Part shown: positions 28,032 through 32,000 of the stretch, one piece after another
Layout of the letters: every line of letters begins with the position of its first letter
Position numbering within the stretch: the first letter of the stretch is position 1
From: Dickeya dadantii NCPPB 898
Lineage (GTDB): Bacteria > Pseudomonadota > Gammaproteobacteria > Enterobacterales > Enterobacteriaceae
Reading direction: 5' to 3'
Length of the DNA stretch: 32,000 nucleotides
NCBI RefSeq assembly: GCF_000406145.1
Contig: NZ_CM001976.1
Coordinates: 4,579,545-4,611,544 of the forward strand
The notes under the pieces: model-generated
Databases searched by the model: none
Seen by the model: only the letters and a program-made list of their open reading frames with translations
What the model was told of the DNA's origin: nothing
Translations under genes and position numbers: made by a program

Positions 28032-28121
28032 CAATAACATGGCGTGAATCTTGCTTGTTTATATGTTGGATCGTGCTCCGTCGGGCCGGTCGGGCACACA
28101 TCACACAACAGGACTCAGGTT

Positions 28122-29030
28122 ATGCGTTTACGCCACATCGAAGTCTTTCAGGCGATTGTTCAGGCCGGCACCATCAGCGGCGCGGCGCGGTTACTCAACG
28201 TTTCCCAGCCCAACGTCAGCCGGGTGCTGAATCACGCCGAACAGCAACTGGGCTTCGCGCTGTTCGAACGCCGCTCACAAGGGTTGGTGCCAACGGTGGA
28301 AGGGCAGCAACTGATGCCGGAGATTGAACGGCTCTACAGCCAATTGCAGACGATTTCCCGCCTGACCGAACAGATCCGCAAAGGCCAGCGCGAAACGGTG
28401 CGGCTCGGTGCCGCGCACGCGTTTGGTCAGATGATTGTCGCCCCGGCGATGGTGGAGTTTCAGCAACAGGCGCCACTGGTGAACATGGAACTGGTCACCG
28501 AGCACTTCAGCACCCTGTGCCAGAACATTCAACAGCATCAGCTCGACCTGGCGCTGGTGTTCGGCCAGCAGGTGCCGCCGGATTTGCTGGCCGAACCGTT
28601 GTGTCAGTCACGTATGGTGGCGATTCTGCCGAAAGACAGCCCGCAGCGGGGGCCGGTATCGCTGGAATGGCTGTGCCACAACAACCTGCTAATGATGCAG
28701 CAACAGGACCCGCTGGGCCAGGTCGTCCACCGCGCCCTGCGCGACCGTCGCCTCAAACCGGCGGCCTCGCTGTACATCAAGACCTATTCGGTGATCGCCG
28801 ATATGGTGCTGGCAGGCGGCGGCACCGGCATCGTCGACCTGTTTACCGCCCGCCGCTATGCCGATCAGCTCAAAATCGTGCCCATCAGCCAGCCGCTGCC
28901 GTTTGAGGTGATGCTGATCAGCCGACGCGACATCCCGCAATCCCGCGAGATCCTGCAACTCAAACAGGTGCTGAAAAGCAAGTGCCGCGAACTCGCCAGC
29001 CAGTGTCTGCCGTTGCTGGAAGCGGCGTAA
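28122..29030 (+). CDS. LysR-family transcriptional regulator
   Basis: 302 aa from ATG 28122: MRLRHIEVFQAIVQAGTISGAARLLNVSQPNVSRVLNHAEQQLGFALFER (wHTH). The track start at 28044 adds 26 unrelated residues. Confidence 0.9.
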   Translation: MRLRHIEVFQAIVQAGTISGAARLLNVSQPNVSRVLNHAEQQLGFALFERRSQGLVPTVEGQQLMPEIERLYSQLQTISRLTEQIRKGQRETVRLGAAHAFGQMIVAPAMVEFQQQAPLVNMELVTEHFSTLCQNIQQHQLDLALVFGQQVPPDLLAEPLCQSRMVAILPKDSPQRGPVSLEWLCHNNLLMMQQQDPLGQVVHRALRDRRLKPAASLYIKTYSVIADMVLAGGGTGIVDLFTARRYADQLKIVPISQPLPFEVMLISRRDIPQSREILQLKQVLKSKCRELASQCLPLLEAA

Positions 29031-29044
29031 ACGTCGCCACAGTT

Positions 29045-29072
29045 TTCCGGCCGCCGCGCGGTTCGGCCGGAA
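29045..29072 (+). terminator. GC-rich hairpin after the LysR gene
   Basis: TTCCGGCCG with a 10-nt loop and CGGCCGGAA, a 9-bp perfect stem. No T-run. Confidence 0.4.
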
Positions 29073-29122
29073 GCCGTGATTTGTCAGTCCGTTACCGCTG
29101 TCGCTTTTGGCAAACCGCCCGT

Positions 29123-29128
29123 TATAAT
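29123..29128 (+). promoter_or_regulatory. Candidate -10 box of yicC
   Basis: Perfect TATAAT 32 nt upstream of the yicC ATG. No convincing -35. Confidence 0.3.
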
Positions 29129-29159
29129 TACCCCATCACTTCTTAACAGGTATGCACCG

Positions 29160-30023
29160 ATGATTCGTAGCATGACCGCTTACGCCCGGCGAGAAATCAA
29201 GGGTGACTGGGGTAGCGCCGCCTGGGAGCTTCGCTCCGTAAACCAGCGTTATCTGGAAACCTATATCCGTTTACCCGAACAGTTCCGCAGCTTAGAGCCG
29301 GTAATCCGCGAACGCATCCGCAACCGCCTGACCCGCGGCAAAATCGAGTGCGGCCTGCGTTTTGAGCTGGACCCGCGCGCGCAGGGGCAACTCATCCTCA
29401 ACGAGCAACTGGCCAAACAGCTGGTAACCGCGGCGAACTGGGTGAAAATGCAAAGCGACGAAGGCGAGGTCAACCCGCTCGACATCCTGCGCTGGCCGGG
29501 GGTGATGTCGGCGCAGGAGCAGGATCTGGACGCCATCAGCGCCGAACTGATGAAGGCGCTGGAAGCCGCGCTGGACGACTTTATTATCGCCCGCGAAAGC
29601 GAAGGAAACGCGCTCAAGGCGCTGATTGAACAGCGTCTGGTGGGTGTTAGCGCCGAAGTCGCCAAGGTTCGCGCCCACATGCCGAACATTCTGCAATGGC
29701 AGCGTGAAAAACTGCAAAGCAAGCTGGACGAGGCGCAGGTGCAGCTCGACGGCAACCGGCTGGAGCAAGAACTGGTGCTGCTGGCGCAGCGCATCGACGT
29801 AGCAGAAGAGCTTGACCGGCTGGAAGCCCACGTGCGGGAAACCTACAAAATCCTCAACAAGCAGGAAGCCGTCGGCCGCCGTCTGGACTTTATGATGCAG
29901 GAATTCAACCGCGAATCGAACACGCTGGGTTCCAAATCCATCAACGCCGACGTCACCGCCTCCGCCATCGAACTGAAAGTGCTGATTGAGCAGATGCGGG
30001 AACAGATTCAAAACATCGAGTAA
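29160..30023 (+). CDS. yicC: YicC-family stress-induced protein
   Basis: 287 aa from ATG 29160: MIRSMTAYARREIKGDWGSAAWELRSVNQRYLETY...EQMREQIQNIE, nearly collinear with E. coli YicC as I recall it. Confidence 0.95.
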   Translation: MIRSMTAYARREIKGDWGSAAWELRSVNQRYLETYIRLPEQFRSLEPVIRERIRNRLTRGKIECGLRFELDPRAQGQLILNEQLAKQLVTAANWVKMQSDEGEVNPLDILRWPGVMSAQEQDLDAISAELMKALEAALDDFIIARESEGNALKALIEQRLVGVSAEVAKVRAHMPNILQWQREKLQSKLDEAQVQLDGNRLEQELVLLAQRIDVAEELDRLEAHVRETYKILNKQEAVGRRLDFMMQEFNRESNTLGSKSINADVTASAIELKVLIEQMREQIQNIE

Positions 30024-30069
30024 CGATTCACGCGATCTCGCGTTGTCTCACTAAGTCTCGACAGGATAA

Positions 30070-30105
30070 AAGGGCCATTGTAAATCATGGCCTTCTTTGT
30101 TTTAT
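30070..30105 (+). terminator. yicC terminator
   Basis: AAGGGCCAT-tgtaaatc-ATGGCCTT (8 bp including one G-U), then cTTTGTTTTa. The IS begins 7 nt later. Confidence 0.55.
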
Positions 30106-30165
30106 ATAGTCTGACCTGCTCCCCGATGTTAGTAATGTCTTCATAAGCCACATGAGGACATCCCC

Positions 30166-30417
30166 ATGAAGAAGCGTTTTTCCGACGCACAGATCATCAG
30201 TACCCTCCGCGAAGCGGAAGCCGGGGTTTCTGTGAACTCTGCCGTAAGCACGCCATATCCGACGCCACGTTTTACAACTGGCGTAAGAAGTATGGAGGTG
30301 CCCGAGGTTAAGCGCCTGAAGTCGCTTAAGGAAGAGAACGCTCGACTCAAGAAGTTGCTTGCAGAAGCCATGCTGGATAAGGAAGCCCTTCAGGTAGCCT
30401 TTGGTCGAAAGTACTGA
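30166..30417 (+). pseudogene. IS orfA with two compensating frameshifts across the HTH
   Basis: The annotated frame reads ...GVSVNSAVSTPYPTPRFTTGVRSMEVPEVKRLK. The conserved IS3-family motif ELCRKHAISDATFYNWRKKYGG is encoded in another frame at 30234-30299. The flanking N-terminal (MKKRFSDAQIISTLREAEAG) and leucine-zipper parts stay in frame. Confidence 0.7.
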
Positions 30418-30440
30418 CGATAGACCTGAAGCGGGAAGCC

Positions 30441-31277
30441 GTGGTGTTGATGTGTGATGCGACCGGTCTGTCGCAACGTCGTGCATACGGGCTTACAGGT
30501 TTGTACCTGTCGACCTGCCGCTATGAGGCGCAACGCGCGGCCGCTGGTGCGCATTTATCAGGACGTATCACTGAGCTGGCACTGGAGCGCAGGCGTTTTG
30601 GCTACCGCCGGATATGGCAGCGGCTGCGCCGAGAAGGACTTCACGTTAATCACAAGCGCGTGTACCGCCTTTATCATCTCAACGGACTGGGCGTAAAACG
30701 CAGACGACGTCGTAAAGGGCTGGCAACAGAACGTCTGCCGCTGCTCCGCCCGGCGGCCCCCAATCTGACCTGGTCGATGGATTTTGTCATGGACGCATTG
30801 GCCATCGGTCGCAGAATCAAGTGTCTGACCTGCGTGGACGACTTTACGAAAGAGTGTCTGACGGTGATGACCGTTGCCTTTGGGGTTTCCGGCCTTCAGG
30901 TAACGCGTATTCTGGGCAGTATTGCGTTGTTTCGTGGATATCCTGGGACGATAAGAACCGATCAGGTACCTGAATTTACCTGCCGGGCACTGGATCAGTG
31001 GGCCTTTGAACACGGAGTGAAACTGAGGCTAATCCAGCCGGGCAAACCAACACAGAACGGGTTGATAGAGAGCTTTAACGGCCGCTTTCGTGATGAATGT
31101 CTGAATGAGCACTGGTTCAGCGACACCATTCACGCCAGGAAAACCATTAATGACTGGCGGCAAGACTATAACGAGTGCAAGCCCCATTCGGCACTGAATT
31201 ATCAGACGCCATCAGAGTTTGCAGCAAGGTGGCGAAACAGCGAATTTGGAAGTAAACAAACCGACATTACTAACTGA
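30441..31277 (+). CDS. IS3-family transposase orfB (DDE integrase domain)
   Basis: The frame is open from 30381, in -1 relative to orfA. An A_AAG slip site at 30408-30411 would give the fusion ...AFGRK-VLTIDLKREAVVLMCDATGLSQRRA, typical of IS407-group OrfAB. Confidence 0.8.
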   Translation: MVLMCDATGLSQRRAYGLTGLYLSTCRYEAQRAAAGAHLSGRITELALERRRFGYRRIWQRLRREGLHVNHKRVYRLYHLNGLGVKRRRRRKGLATERLPLLRPAAPNLTWSMDFVMDALAIGRRIKCLTCVDDFTKECLTVMTVAFGVSGLQVTRILGSIALFRGYPGTIRTDQVPEFTCRALDQWAFEHGVKLRLIQPGKPTQNGLIESFNGRFRDECLNEHWFSDTIHARKTINDWRQDYNECKPHSALNYQTPSEFAARWRNSEFGSKQTDITN

Positions 31278-31472
31278 CGTTTGTATCTAATCCTGGGAGC
31301 AGGTCAGAATGTGTTTTTGGATGAAAAATCAGCATTATCGTAAAAAAAACGAAAATCAATAGATAAAAACATTTATGCCAACTTTTAGTAGCGTCGAACT
31401 GACTTAACAACCACATATAGTGTTTTTCTTCGATGTATAGGTGGCTATACAAAAAAACCGTGACGGGTCACG

Positions 31473-31500
31473 TTGACATAAAACCCACTTAGTGTAGATT
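31473..31500 (+). promoter_or_regulatory. Candidate promoter of the Abi-like gene
   Basis: TTGACA (31473-31478), a 16-nt spacer, then TAGATT (31495-31500), about 100 nt upstream of the ATG. Confidence 0.3.
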
Positions 31501-31597
31501 TACTATCAACTGAGCCCGGTCCCCTGGCTTGATCCTATCTAGGTAGGTGAGAGTTATGGCCGGGCCTTCTTGTATCAGGAGGTAAGGAAACTTTTGA

Positions 31598-32000
31598 ATG
31601 GCTGATCCGGTGAAAGTTCATAAGGAATATGACGAACTAATCGATTTGCTACTTTCTCGAGGTATGGATATACCTGACCGTTATCATGCAATAAAGAAAA
31701 TCTCACAGGTTGGTTATTACCGGCTCTCTGGTTTTTGGTATCCATGCAGAATCCCTCACATAACTCCTGAAAATATTAGAACCCGGCTTGATCAGGTTCG
31801 TCCTGGGACAAATTTCCGGGCTGTATACGACCTCTATTTGTTCGATAAAAAATTACGTCTTCTAATAATGGATGCTTTGGAGCGGATCGAGGTTTATGTT
31901 CGTTCGGTGATCGCACATGAAATTGGGAAGATATCACCTCTCAGTTACTTGGATGATTCCCTAATCAATCCAAAGCACTTGAGTCCAAGTTCTGATAGGC
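31598..32000 (+). CDS. Abi_2-family (AbiD/AbiF-like abortive-infection) protein, N-terminal 134 codons; continues beyond the window
   Basis: Absent from the ORF track because no stop falls within the window. Hand translation: MADPVKVHKEYDELIDLLLSRGMDIPDRYHAIKKISQVGYYRLSGFWYPCRIP...FRAVYDLYLFDKKLRLLIMDALERIEVYVRSVIAHEIGK... The YYRLSG and LYxFDxxLR...IEvxxR motifs are as I recall for PF07751. AAGGA Shine-Dalgarno 8 nt upstream. AT-rich. Confidence 0.7.
   Translation, partial: MADPVKVHKEYDELIDLLLSRGMDIPDRYHAIKKISQVGYYRLSGFWYPCRIPHITPENIRTRLDQVRPGTNFRAVYDLYLFDKKLRLLIMDALERIEVYVRSVIAHEIGKISPLSYLDDSLINPKHLSPSSDR

Larger units (their letters stand above)
30112..31306 (+). mobile_element. IS3-family insertion sequence, IS407 group (1195 bp)
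   Basis: Terminal inverted repeats TGACCTGCTCCC (30112-30123) and GGGAGCAGGTCA (31295-31306). orfA and orfB overlap in the -1 frame. The orfB product carries a DDE triad (WSMDFV, RTDQVPEF, ESFNGRFRDE). Confidence 0.85.

Noticed and set aside
28044-28121. Upstream extension of the LysR ORF. The same applies to 29076-29159 for yicC, 5919-5975 for pyrE, 2604-2636 for yicR, and 4036 (TTG) for dut.
   Set aside because: Family alignments from memory and the positions of Shine-Dalgarno sequences favour the internal ATG codons.
30108-31310. Target-site duplication flanking the IS
   Set aside because: I looked for 3-5-bp direct repeats outside the inverted repeats (agtc versus gaat) and none is present. 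The absence is reported as a finding instead.
31270-31452. 60-aa minus-strand ORF right of the IS. Also 30008-30190 and 30085-30486 (minus strand).
   Set aside because: They cross the IS terminal repeats or lie antisense to the transposase genes. They are AT-rich low-complexity sequence with no motif.

Overview
This is a chromosomal segment from a GC-rich Enterobacterales genome. Gene order matches my recollection of the E. coli K-12 rph/pyrE region. The species cannot be called by eye.

Positions 1-6745 are core genes. On the minus strand: a GT2 glycosyltransferase (partial), mutM, rpmG, rpmB and yicR(radC). On the plus strand: coaBC, dut and slmA. On the minus strand again: pyrE and rph. 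The rpmBG promoter and structured leader and the rph-pyrE attenuator are recognisable.

In E. coli, rph is the divergent neighbour of yicC. Here 22.4 kb (6746-29159) lie between them:
- a yidH/yidG-like DUF202 pair;
- a nine-gene plus-strand operon: DUF1611/DgcN-like, enolase-superfamily epimerase/DgcA-like, gsiABCD-like peptide importer, P1/DmpA-family peptidase, M55 D-aminopeptidase, iaaA;
- a visibly AT-rich islet carrying one orphan sulfotransferase-like gene;
- a six-gene translationally coupled minus-strand operon: Tat-signal DdpA-like binding protein, two permeases, two ATPases, S12 D-aminopeptidase-like serine hydrolase;
- a divergent M19 dipeptidase and a LysR regulator.

After yicC comes an IS3-family (IS407-group) element with a decayed orfA and no target-site duplication. 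Beyond it is AT-rich DNA carrying the 5' part of an Abi_2-family (abortive-infection-like) gene that runs off the window.

The best candidates for something undescribed are (1) the peptide-salvage supercluster, whose enzymes all act on D-amino-acid or non-alpha peptide bonds, and (2) the horizontally acquired sulfotransferase islet. No tRNA, rRNA, CRISPR array or integrase was recognised.
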